From Verrucomicrobiota bacterium (lineage in GTDB: Bacteria > Verrucomicrobiota > Verrucomicrobiia > Limisphaerales > JADLHS01): a stretch of 64,000 nucleotides of DNA. The translations under genes and the position numbers were made by a program. Positions 42,706 through 52,488 of the stretch are shown here, piece by piece; position 1 is the stretch's first letter, and every line of letters starts with the position of its first letter. The stretch is taken from NCBI GenBank assembly GCA_039806955.1, contig JBDHQI010000006.1:16324-80323 (forward strand), read 5' to 3'. Under the pieces are notes generated by a model that did not search any database, was not told the DNA's origin, and worked only from the letters and a program-made list of their open reading frames with translations.

Positions 42706-44412
42706 GTGACAATCACCCGATCTACGCTTCGATTTCAATTTCAACCTCGATTGTGGGCTTCGTTACGGACCTACTCCCGAACCACTTTTGTGGCGGATTT
42801 AACCGCGGGCCTGATCATCGGCATTGTCGCGTTGCCACTGGCCATGGCGCTCGCCATCGCCTCCGGCTTGAAGCCTGAAGTGGGCATTTTCACCTCCATA
42901 GTCGGCGGGTTTTTAATCTCTTTCTTTGGCGGTTCCCGCGTGCAAGTTGGCGGTCCGGCGGGCGCGTTTGTTCCGTTGTTGGTGCCGATCGTTGCGGCGC
43001 ATGGCCCCGAAGGACTCGCCGCTTGCGCATTAATCGCTGGAGTTATTCTGGTGGGACTCGGAGTGGCGCGATTAGGTTCGATGATCCGCTTCGTGCCCTA
43101 TCCGGTGGTCATCGGATTCACCAGTGGCATTGCAATTATTATTCTCAGCACTCAATTGCAGGATTTCTTTGGTTTGCCGCAAGGGCTGCCCGCTGATTTC
43201 ATCGGTAAACTAAAGGCGCTTGCGGCGGATTTTCATCCCAACTGGGCGACCACGGGTCTGGCTTTGGCAGGCACGTTGCTGATCTGGTTTTGGCCGGCGG
43301 CCTGGGCCCGGCGGGTGCCCGGCTCGCTCGCGGTGATTGTGCTGGGCGCCGTTGGGGTCGCTGTATTTCAACTGCACGAACGTTGGGGCATTGCGACGTT
43401 GGGCAGTCAGTTTGGCGCCATGCCGCGCGGACTGCCGTTGCCTCATGTGCCGTTGTTGTCAGTGGAAACCTGGCGCGATTTGTTGCCGTCCGGCATGACG
43501 GTTGCCGCGCTGGGAGCGATCGAGTCGTTGCTGTGCGCGGTGGTGGCCGACGGTATGATTGATGACCGGCACGATTCCAACCAGGAACTGGTCGGGCAGG
43601 GAATTGCCAACATTGCCTGCGCCTTTTTCGGCGGAATGCCGGCCACGGGCGTGATTGCCCGCACGGCCATCAATGTGCGGAGCGGGGCCAAAACTCCTGT
43701 TGCTGGTTTGGTGCATGCGGCCGTGCTGTTGCTGATTCTGCTGGTGGCGGCGCCACTGGCCAGTTTTATTCCGCTGGCAGCCTTGAGCGCCGTGTTGGTT
43801 GTGGTTGCCATCCGGATGGGAGAATGGCATCACTTTACCCGGTTGCGTCGCTGGCCCAAGGAAGACATCACCGTGTTGCTGACTGCCTTTGTGCTGACGG
43901 TTGTCACGGATCTGCCCGTGGCGGTTGGCGCGTCACTCGTGTTGGCGGCGGTGTTATTGGTTCGGCAACTGTCGCAGACCGCCGAAGTTCGAACCGAAGT
44001 CCCCACCGGTTCCGCCCGCGCCACGGATCAAACTTCCCCGGACGGCGCGTTGCCGGCGGGCGTCATGGTTTTCCGGGTTTGGGGCGCGATCTTCTTTGGC
44101 GCGGCGGATAAATTGGAAACGGCAATGCGGCGGGCGGGCAGCGTGCCGGAAGTTTTGATTTTGCGGATGGAAGACGCGTTGGTTCTGGATGCCACCGGTC
44201 TTAATGCGTTGGAAGATTTACAGGAGAAATTGGCGCGGCGTGGGAAGCATTTGATTCTCTGCGGTCCCCATTCGCAACCGTTGTTTGCCTTGACGCGGGC
44301 TGGATTTCTGGAGCGGCTGGGCCTGGAAAACATGAGCGGCGATTTGGAAGCGGCACTGGTCCGGGCGCGGCAACTGATTGAGGACAAGAAAGCCGGCAAG
44401 GCTGCGAGCTGA
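42706..44412 (+). CDS. SulP-family anion transporter with C-terminal STAS domain
   Basis: DLTAGLIIGIVALPLAMALAIASG, a multi-TM core and a STAS-like tail (VLILRMEDALVLDATGLNALEDL). GTG start. Confidence 0.92.
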   Translation: MTITRSTLRFQFQPRLWASLRTYSRTTFVADLTAGLIIGIVALPLAMALAIASGLKPEVGIFTSIVGGFLISFFGGSRVQVGGPAGAFVPLLVPIVAAHGPEGLAACALIAGVILVGLGVARLGSMIRFVPYPVVIGFTSGIAIIILSTQLQDFFGLPQGLPADFIGKLKALAADFHPNWATTGLALAGTLLIWFWPAAWARRVPGSLAVIVLGAVGVAVFQLHERWGIATLGSQFGAMPRGLPLPHVPLLSVETWRDLLPSGMTVAALGAIESLLCAVVADGMIDDRHDSNQELVGQGIANIACAFFGGMPATGVIARTAINVRSGAKTPVAGLVHAAVLLLILLVAAPLASFIPLAALSAVLVVVAIRMGEWHHFTRLRRWPKEDITVLLTAFVLTVVTDLPVAVGASLVLAAVLLVRQLSQTAEVRTEVPTGSARATDQTSPDGALPAGVMVFRVWGAIFFGAADKLETAMRRAGSVPEVLILRMEDALVLDATGLNALEDLQEKLARRGKHLILCGPHSQPLFALTRAGFLERLGLENMSGDLEAALVRARQLIEDKKAGKAAS

Positions 44413-44470
44413 AAATCCGGGCGGTTAATCCAGCGCCCAATAATTGGCCGCAAGCGCGGCCCGTAAAAAC

Positions 44471-44836
44471 ATGACGAAAACAATGGCTATTCGAGTAAGC
44501 GCCAGCCTGGGGTTGTTGGCGGTGGGACTGGGCGCGTTTGGCGCTCACGGATTGAAGGAGACGTTGACGCAACATGGAATGGTGGCGGTTTGGGAAAAAG
44601 CGGTTTTCTATCACTTCATCCACACGGTGATTTTGTTTGTTCTGCCGCAACGCCGTGAGTTTTGTGCGGGGCCGTGGCTGACGTTGTTTGCGGGGATCGT
44701 CTTGTTCTCCGGCTCGTTGTATTTGCTCGCAATCACCCATTGGAAATGGCTGGGCTTCATCACGCCCTTCGGTGGCGTCTGTTTTGTGGTGGGCTGGATT
44801 TGGCTGGCCATTTCCGCACGGAAGCTGGTTGATTGA
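44471..44836 (+). CDS. DUF423 (YgdD-like) membrane protein
   Basis: LGLLAVGLGAFGAHGLKETL motif and four hydrophobic helices. Confidence 0.8.
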   Translation: MTKTMAIRVSASLGLLAVGLGAFGAHGLKETLTQHGMVAVWEKAVFYHFIHTVILFVLPQRREFCAGPWLTLFAGIVLFSGSLYLLAITHWKWLGFITPFGGVCFVVGWIWLAISARKLVD

Positions 44837-45034
44837 ACATCGGCCAGAGTGGCGGTCTGAACGGACCTCTGCCGTGGGTTGAATGAAAGTTGAGGCACTT
44901 TGACGGGTGTGGGGAATTATTCATTGCGAAAGGATCAGATCGTCGAGATGCAGTGATTGCGGGTTGAAAGGGATCTGGTGAAATTATTGGTTTTCTCCAT
45001 TGTCACGGCTGGAAGCCTGCGCTAGTACCCAAAC

Positions 45035-45664
45035 ATGAATTGCCGCCCGCGCCCCGATGTCGCTTTGCCGAGCGCGGCGGGGGCATCGGGCTTCGCGCTG
45101 ATGGAGTTGCTCATCACGGTGGCAATCATTTTCGTGTTCTTCACAATGTTCTTTGGGTTCGGCGCCAAAAAACGTCAGCGCAGCGCAAAATTACGTTGTC
45201 AGGAGAATTTACAGAAAGCCTTCGTCGGCTTGCAGATTTTTGCCAACGAACATGATGAGCGGTTTCCCCAAACCACGAATGCCACCACGGCCGAGGTGGC
45301 GTTGGAAGTTTTGGTGCCGCGTTATACGGCCGATACCAAAATCTTCGTCTGCCCTGGGCGAAAGGATTCGGCGCCGGCTCCGGATCAACTCTTGCGCCAG
45401 GGGCGCATCAGCTACTCGTATTATCAGGGACACACCAAAACCGGGACCAACGGCTTTCTTTTGACCGATTGGCAGGTGAACACCCAGGCCAAGCGCATCG
45501 GCGATTTGTTGTTTTCTGAAACCGGTAAAAGGCCCGGTAACAACCACGCCAAAACCGGAGGGAATTTACTCGAAATCACCGGCGACGTGATTTCCTCGCC
45601 CGCGCGGGCGGCGGTGGACCTGCTCTTGCCAGCCGGCGTGGTGTTACTGAATCCCAAACCCTGA
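45035..45664 (+). CDS. Prepilin-type N-terminal domain (pseudopilin-like) protein
   Basis: GFALMELLITVAIIFVFF resembles a class III signal / N-methylation site. 6-nt gap to the next gene. Confidence 0.6.
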   Translation: MNCRPRPDVALPSAAGASGFALMELLITVAIIFVFFTMFFGFGAKKRQRSAKLRCQENLQKAFVGLQIFANEHDERFPQTTNATTAEVALEVLVPRYTADTKIFVCPGRKDSAPAPDQLLRQGRISYSYYQGHTKTGTNGFLLTDWQVNTQAKRIGDLLFSETGKRPGNNHAKTGGNLLEITGDVISSPARAAVDLLLPAGVVLLNPKP

Positions 45665-45670
45665 CGACGC

Positions 45671-48043
45671 ATGAAGATCGTTTGCGATTGCGGCGCAAAG
45701 TATGCCTTCGACGTGACGGCGGACAATCTGCGTTCGCCGGTGGCTTTCAGTTGCCCCAACTGCGGCCAGGATTGGTCCGCAGCGATCAACCAACAAATTC
45801 GTGAGCAATTCGGGGTGGGATCAGATGCAAGCCCCGATGTTCACCAAGTGACCGCCGCGGGAGTTGCGGACGTGACGGTGCCGCCGGTTTCAGCATCGAA
45901 GCGCCCGCCGCTGCGAATCCAATTGCCGCCCCAGGTTACATCGGCGTCATCGGATGAAACTGGAGTGGCGGAGCGATTTTGTTCGCGCCATCCGTCGGCT
46001 CAGGCGCTGCAAGTGTGTGCCGTCTGCGGGAAACGTATCTGTGCGAAATGCGCTGGGTTATTCGCGGGCTGCTGTTCGCCGCTGTGTAAAGAGCAGGCGG
46101 CGTTGCGAGGAGGAAAAGTTTCGCGGAGTGGCCGCCAGTATGAATCCGATGAGGCTCGACGACTGCGCCATTTTGGGTGGCTGGTAAAATTGGGGTTATG
46201 CCTGGCGCTTTTGGTGCTGGGGGCGTGGCTGTGGTATGCCTGGTGGGGATCGCGACCCCGGCCAGTCGTCACTTTGCGGTTTGAGAACGATCCGGCTTTC
46301 GCGGGCACCAGTGTTGTCGCCGGCGAGCAGGTGATTTTTCTGCATGGACTGAAACTCGGGCGTTACGACCTGAGTGCCAAACGTCAGGTGTGGCTGCAAT
46401 CCATGGTGGATGAGAAAACGATTCGATCGCAGGCGGAGCAGGATCTTCGACAAATGCAGGCCATGGTGGCCGCCGGGCAAAGCAGCGGCACGATTCCGTC
46501 GCTCGAACAACGGATCAGAGACCTGACGCGGGTTACTGAAAGCGTATTTCAGTTGCGCGTATTCGAGCACAGCATCTGGGTGGCGGACGATGAAACGGCG
46601 CGACAATTCGACTGGGACACGGGCAAGCAACTGCGGGCCGTGCCTTTCTTGGGAGATTTTAACGAGGCCCGGTTGAAGGGAAGTCAGTTGGAAATCGGTC
46701 AGGTGCTGAATGATTCCACGATTCAACTGACACGGTTGGATTTGGTGAGCGGTCAGATGACTACGGAGCCGCTGGGAACGAACCTCACCAGTGGCGCAGC
46801 GGGAAGCAGCACGTCGCGGCCGCCGTCCGGCAAAACCAAAGTGACCCGAAAGGGCATTGCCGATCTGAGCGCGGGACAACTGGGGGCTGCCGTCGCGAGT
46901 GGTTCATGGGCCGGGAAACTGGCGGCGCCAGCGACCATTGCCGTGACGCGCCGCCAGCAGGAAGCATTGCAACTCATGGCCGAGGATGATGAAGTGCAGA
47001 AAGCCGGCCGGAATCCGGCGACTTCAAGCGCCAGGATGCCGTTGGCCGAATCGGTCCAGGTGTTTCCCTCCGGATCGGGATGGGTTCAATTGACGGCGCA
47101 GTTGTTGCAGCAAAACATCGTTGCGCGTTCAGCAATGCGGGCCGCACCCGCGAAGTCAGCGTTGGATAGCGGACTGAGTGCAGGTGCGACGACTGAAGTT
47201 GCCAACGAGTTATTGAACGAAATGGCGCGAAATGCCGGTCAGGACAAGGTTGAAGAAGACCAGAGCCGGTATGCGGTTCGCCTTCATCGCATCGGCGCCG
47301 CTGCCGCGCCGGATTGGGAAGGCGAAGTGCTTGGCGTGCCGCAGTTATACCCGCAGGCAACCGTGAATGTGCTGGTAGCAGGAACGACGTTGCTGGTTTT
47401 GGATCAGCAAAATCGCAGGAAATGGGAGAGCGCGTTGATGTATCCACTGGCGGAGGCGGGGGATTTGGCGGTCCGCCATCGAGACAGACTTGGGCCGGTG
47501 GTGGAACACGACCAATCGCTATATGTTTTTGATCAAGGCGTGCTGAGCGCATTGGACTTGGCGACAGGCGCCGCCCGTTGGCGATTGCCCTCCGTAGGCG
47601 TCAGGGGGTTGTTTTTTGATGATGCGGGCGCGCTTTATGTCAACACCACCACCGCCAGTCCGGATCGGATCAAATATGCGCGACAGATAGATGTGAGTGA
47701 GCGCGCGGGAAACCTCACGCTGAAGCTGGACGCAAAAAACGGCAAGGAGCAGTGGCGTTACGTCGAGGGCGGCTGGCTGGCTTATGTTTCCGGTCGTTAT
47801 CTTTACGCGGTGGATTACACCCCGCCGCGTGACGATGATGCGGATGAAGATCAACAAACCCTTGCTGCGTTGGGGTTGGGGACGACACCGCATCTGAACA
47901 TTCGCCGGCTCAACCCAAAGAACGGTCGCGTGATGTGGAATTATTATCAACCGCACGGCGCGTGGGACATCGAGATGCGCGATAACGTCTTGTCGTTGGT
48001 GCTAAAACGAGAAGTGCTGATTTTGAAATTCCTCGCGCTCTGA
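45671..48043 (+). CDS. Membrane protein: N-terminal zinc-ribbon plus B-box-like Cys cluster, one TM helix, PQQ/BamB-like beta-propeller
   Basis: CDCG...CPNCG; CSRHPSAQALQVCAVCGKRICAKCAGLFAGCCSPLC; TM helix LGLCLALLVLGAWLWYAWWG; propeller-like repeats (ALDLATGAARWRL..., DAKNGKEQWRY, NPKNGRVMWNY). Confidence 0.7.
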   Translation: MKIVCDCGAKYAFDVTADNLRSPVAFSCPNCGQDWSAAINQQIREQFGVGSDASPDVHQVTAAGVADVTVPPVSASKRPPLRIQLPPQVTSASSDETGVAERFCSRHPSAQALQVCAVCGKRICAKCAGLFAGCCSPLCKEQAALRGGKVSRSGRQYESDEARRLRHFGWLVKLGLCLALLVLGAWLWYAWWGSRPRPVVTLRFENDPAFAGTSVVAGEQVIFLHGLKLGRYDLSAKRQVWLQSMVDEKTIRSQAEQDLRQMQAMVAAGQSSGTIPSLEQRIRDLTRVTESVFQLRVFEHSIWVADDETARQFDWDTGKQLRAVPFLGDFNEARLKGSQLEIGQVLNDSTIQLTRLDLVSGQMTTEPLGTNLTSGAAGSSTSRPPSGKTKVTRKGIADLSAGQLGAAVASGSWAGKLAAPATIAVTRRQQEALQLMAEDDEVQKAGRNPATSSARMPLAESVQVFPSGSGWVQLTAQLLQQNIVARSAMRAAPAKSALDSGLSAGATTEVANELLNEMARNAGQDKVEEDQSRYAVRLHRIGAAAAPDWEGEVLGVPQLYPQATVNVLVAGTTLLVLDQQNRRKWESALMYPLAEAGDLAVRHRDRLGPVVEHDQSLYVFDQGVLSALDLATGAARWRLPSVGVRGLFFDDAGALYVNTTTASPDRIKYARQIDVSERAGNLTLKLDAKNGKEQWRYVEGGWLAYVSGRYLYAVDYTPPRDDDADEDQQTLAALGLGTTPHLNIRRLNPKNGRVMWNYYQPHGAWDIEMRDNVLSLVLKREVLILKFLAL

Positions 48044-48075
48044 TGTCGGGTCGGCAAGTCAGGTAAAGTTGCGGT

Positions 48076-48738
48076 TTACGCTTCGACCAGTCTTTCTTCC
48101 GTTGCGCTGAGTTTCCGCCAGTGACCTGCAGGCAGTTCCGCCAGCCAAAATCGGCCAATGCGCACGCGGACCAATCGCAGCGTGGGATGACCAATGGCCG
48201 CGGTCATGCGGCGCACTTGACGGTTTTTGCCTTCGATCAATTCCAAGCCGAGCCAACAATCCGGAACATTTTTGCGAAAACGGATCGGCGGCTGGCGCGG
48301 CGGGAAGCCCGGCGGTTCGGGCAGCAACCAGGCCCGGCCCGGCAGTGTCTTTCGCCCTTGAATCACCACACCGTCGGAAAGTCGGCGCAGCGATTCGGCG
48401 CTGGGGATGCGCTCTACCTGCGCCCAATACTCACGTGGATGAGCTTGCTTCGGTTGGAGCAGACGCGCGTTCCAGCGCGGTTCATCGCTCAACAAGAGCA
48501 ACCCTTCCGAATCGGCATCCAACCGCCCGATCGGATACACGCGAGGTGGAAAATTAAATTTCGCCAGCGCGCGATGGCGGGAGTCGTCCGGGGTGAATTG
48601 GGAAAGGACTCCGTAAGGCTTGTTGAACGCAATCAGCACAGTGCAGATTAAACTCCACCTCTCGCCGCCAGCCAAGCGGATCTGCTTTCCGCTCCGGCCA
48701 GGTTGTGCTCGACGGATACGACTTCGTCGAAGCAACAA
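48076..48738 (-). CDS. rluE: 23S rRNA pseudouridine synthase, RluE/RsuA family
   Basis: VLIAFNKPYGVLSQF, GRLDADSEGLLLLS, NRQVRRMTAAIGHPTLRLVRVRIG, parallel to E. coli RluE as recalled. The start is uncertain (TTG 48738 or GTG 48639). Confidence 0.85.
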   Translation of the reverse strand: MLLRRSRIRRAQPGRSGKQIRLAGGERWSLICTVLIAFNKPYGVLSQFTPDDSRHRALAKFNFPPRVYPIGRLDADSEGLLLLSDEPRWNARLLQPKQAHPREYWAQVERIPSAESLRRLSDGVVIQGRKTLPGRAWLLPEPPGFPPRQPPIRFRKNVPDCWLGLELIEGKNRQVRRMTAAIGHPTLRLVRVRIGRFWLAELPAGHWRKLSATEERLVEA

Positions 48739-48799
48739 CCCAACCGAAGTTCAAAATGTGACGTGGAGCAACCGCATTCCGGTCTGTTTCGCGAGCGGT

Positions 48800-51619
48800 T
48801 TAATGTGAGCTGATCCGGTAGAACAATTGTCCGCCGGGCGGGTTGGCGTGCGTCACGGTTTTGAGCGTGCCATCGCCAGTGACGGTTTCCAGCGGAGTCC
48901 AGGTCGTCACGGTTAAATCGCTGGTGTACTCGACGACGTGCTGCATTCCAGCTTGCGACGTGAACGAGAAGGAGAAGTTGGTGCCGTCGTAGGCGGGGTC
49001 AAGCAGCGTTACCAACGGTTGAAGCGCCGGAACAATCTCCACCGCACCCAGATCGAAGGCGCGCGCATCAGTGGCGGGTGAGGCTTGCACCCCAAAGTGC
49101 AGGTAGGGGTGACTCGTGCCGGTGACTCCCGACGCCCGATAGTGGTGCGGCGCAGCGCTTTGGAAGGACGTATCCGCCGTCTGGTCGGCGATGTTGACGG
49201 TGTAAGTAGCGTCGGCGGGATAAATCGTGACCGCGAACGCATAGACGTGTTCGGGGGCAATGGCGATAGCGGTGTCCACCAGATTCTCAGCTTTGAAGGC
49301 GCCCGTTCCGTCAATGTTGTCGAAGATATAGAACGTCTTTCCGGCCATGACCCCGGAGCCGGGCGTTTGTTCGTCGCCGGATGCGGCAATGGACCAACTG
49401 GTGCTGGCATCGGTGCTACCGGTTGGTCGCGCGGCGTTACGGCCATAGAAATGGACGCGATCGTTGAACCCATCGAAATTGGAAGCGAAGTCAGCTTCCA
49501 ACAGACGGAATTTCCAACGGATGACGTGCGGGACATTCAGATCGAGACCCGGGCTGGAAGTGTATTCACGAATCAGATTGCGGACGCCAACTGTCGTGAC
49601 GTCGTAATGGAGGTAATCGCCTCCCAACGCCGCGTCCGTTTCCAAGGTGCCCATCCCGGTACTCCATTGCCAGGGAGCGCTCCAACCTGGGCTGGGCGCG
49701 TACAGCCACGGATCGTTGGCGGCAATAAAGTCAGACGCCCATTGGGCGGTGCCGGCCACGTTGGCAGCTTGAATGGTCAGCGAATAATTTCCGGAGGTGA
49801 GCGGCGCGTGAGTGGCGGTTAAATTCGTGGCCGTACCGGAGAAATTAAGGCTGGTCACCGCGTCATTGAGGCGTAGTTCAATATCGGTTTCAGCCAACGG
49901 CACCTGCGATTGCACGTTGAATTGCACCCCGGCGCTGGCGGGGGCAATGGTGTGATTCGCGGGACTGACCGCCCCGATCGTTGGTGGCAAAATCGCCGCC
50001 GTTTCAGGCCCCACCGTAACCACCAGATTATCAATTTGCCCGTACTCGAACCACGGCGTCGAACTGTGCGTCTGAATGCGGAAGCGATTGAAGACCATGC
50101 CGGGAGTCGCGTTACGAAAGGGGATCAGCGTGCCGATGGGTTGGTCGTCCACCAGCACGTCATAACGAGCCGCCGCAACCCCGCTCAGATAGTGGATAAT
50201 TTGCACATGATGCCAACCTGCTGACCAGTCCATCAGTGATTGCCACGCGGTGTTGTTGTAGTAGGCCAGTTTTCCTGGAATGGTGCCCCATGCTAAAAAA
50301 CTGCTCCAAAATACTCCCGACTCAGCTTGCAGCGTGAGGTCAATGGTCCGCCCGTCGGCGGTTGAAACCAAAACGTCGAAATCCAACGTCAACGTACCTG
50401 AAGACACCGCTGGGAAGCGCAGGGCATCGGCGCGGATAACCCCCGACCCCATTCGTTCCAAGACCTTTCCTTGTTCTCCACCCGCGTCAACGATCGTCGC
50501 CGGTTCATCTGCGTTGGGCTCCCACACTCCCTGACCGTCGGTCACGTTTTGCAGGGCTGCCACTGGGAAGATGTTTTCGTCCTCGAAGCCGCCCGAGTCG
50601 TAAAGAACCACCGGAGTGGTGAACGTATAAAAGGTGCGTTGTACCGTGGCCGATCCGCCGGAATTGGTCACGCTGATTTCAATGGCGTACTGTTGATCGG
50701 CGGCTAGCCCGTTGTAGGTGACATCGTAATTTCCCGCATCTCCCGAGATCACAAGTTCATCGGAGACATCCACGGAATTGACCACCAGCGAAATGCTGCT
50801 GGCGTCAATTGCCTCATAAGCATTCAGACTAAAATGAATCCCGTTGGCGGCGGCGGTCACGGCTCCGTTCTCCGGCGTCACTGCGGTAATCACGGGGATG
50901 GGCGTGCTGGCGGGCGCGCCGGTGATGAATCCAAAATCATCCCAGCAAATCCGGGTATTCACGGGATTTTCTGTGCCGGGAGCAAACGATTGCAAGCGAA
51001 GGCTCACCACGGAGGCGCCGTCCGGAGCAGTGAAACCGAAAAAGGTATCATCGCCGCCGGAGGTTTTGCCGATGTTGGCTGTCGCGATTTCCGTGGTGGC
51101 ATCGCTGAAAGTGGCCGTGACGCGGATATCCAGCGGGTACTGGGCGTTGTTGCGGGACAGGATGACTAACCCGACTTGTTTGATGACTTCATTGTCGGGA
51201 GGGAGTCCGGTGTTGTTGTCCCCGAGCGCCAGCGTGAGGGTGTAATCCGCCAAATCCGCGGTGCTGGTGGTGGCGTTGGGTGCGGACAACGGCGTAAACG
51301 AGCTGGGGTTCGCGGTGACGTTCTGCATCGCCACGCTGCTGGTGATTTCGATGTACTTGGAATCGCCGTAATCACCATGATAAATCGTCGTAGGATTGGC
51401 GACCGTTCCCGAGAGGTTTAAAACGCCACCGAACCCGCTGCTCCAGGCCGTGGCGACTGCCGGAACGAAAATGGTGTCGGTCAGCGTGGTGGCGCTCTTT
51501 TCAATCCCCGCCGCCACTACGCCAATTGTGCTTTGCGTATATCCGAAGCTGTAAAGTGTTGACCAAACGGCTAGGGCGAATATTCCGACCATCCGGGTTA
51601 GTGTGGAGAATGTTTTCAT
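48800..51619 (-). CDS. Large secreted protein: Ig-like domains, LamG/jelly-roll-like domain, C-terminal '...FYR' module
   Basis: Signal peptide MKTFSTLTRMVGIFALAVWSTLYS. Two Ig-like units (aa ~240-330 and ~550-640). A domain at aa 335-518 is homologous to aa 30-215 of the 55237 protein. The tail is FSFSFTSQAGMQHVVEYTSDL..W....QLFYRISSH. Confidence 0.8.
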   Translation of the reverse strand: MKTFSTLTRMVGIFALAVWSTLYSFGYTQSTIGVVAAGIEKSATTLTDTIFVPAVATAWSSGFGGVLNLSGTVANPTTIYHGDYGDSKYIEITSSVAMQNVTANPSSFTPLSAPNATTSTADLADYTLTLALGDNNTGLPPDNEVIKQVGLVILSRNNAQYPLDIRVTATFSDATTEIATANIGKTSGGDDTFFGFTAPDGASVVSLRLQSFAPGTENPVNTRICWDDFGFITGAPASTPIPVITAVTPENGAVTAAANGIHFSLNAYEAIDASSISLVVNSVDVSDELVISGDAGNYDVTYNGLAADQQYAIEISVTNSGGSATVQRTFYTFTTPVVLYDSGGFEDENIFPVAALQNVTDGQGVWEPNADEPATIVDAGGEQGKVLERMGSGVIRADALRFPAVSSGTLTLDFDVLVSTADGRTIDLTLQAESGVFWSSFLAWGTIPGKLAYYNNTAWQSLMDWSAGWHHVQIIHYLSGVAAARYDVLVDDQPIGTLIPFRNATPGMVFNRFRIQTHSSTPWFEYGQIDNLVVTVGPETAAILPPTIGAVSPANHTIAPASAGVQFNVQSQVPLAETDIELRLNDAVTSLNFSGTATNLTATHAPLTSGNYSLTIQAANVAGTAQWASDFIAANDPWLYAPSPGWSAPWQWSTGMGTLETDAALGGDYLHYDVTTVGVRNLIREYTSSPGLDLNVPHVIRWKFRLLEADFASNFDGFNDRVHFYGRNAARPTGSTDASTSWSIAASGDEQTPGSGVMAGKTFYIFDNIDGTGAFKAENLVDTAIAIAPEHVYAFAVTIYPADATYTVNIADQTADTSFQSAAPHHYRASGVTGTSHPYLHFGVQASPATDARAFDLGAVEIVPALQPLVTLLDPAYDGTNFSFSFTSQAGMQHVVEYTSDLTVTTWTPLETVTGDGTLKTVTHANPPGGQLFYRISSH

Positions 51620-51643
51620 AGGTTGCGTCTGTTGGTTTTGATT

Positions 51644-52396
<753 letters not shown>

Positions 52397-52488
52397 TATT
52401 GGGTGTCAGTTTTCACGGAACCTTATCGGTCGGGTTTGGTGGGCGTCCATAGCTCTTTCGAGCTAGTGCTCAACCGCCAAATCTGAAT

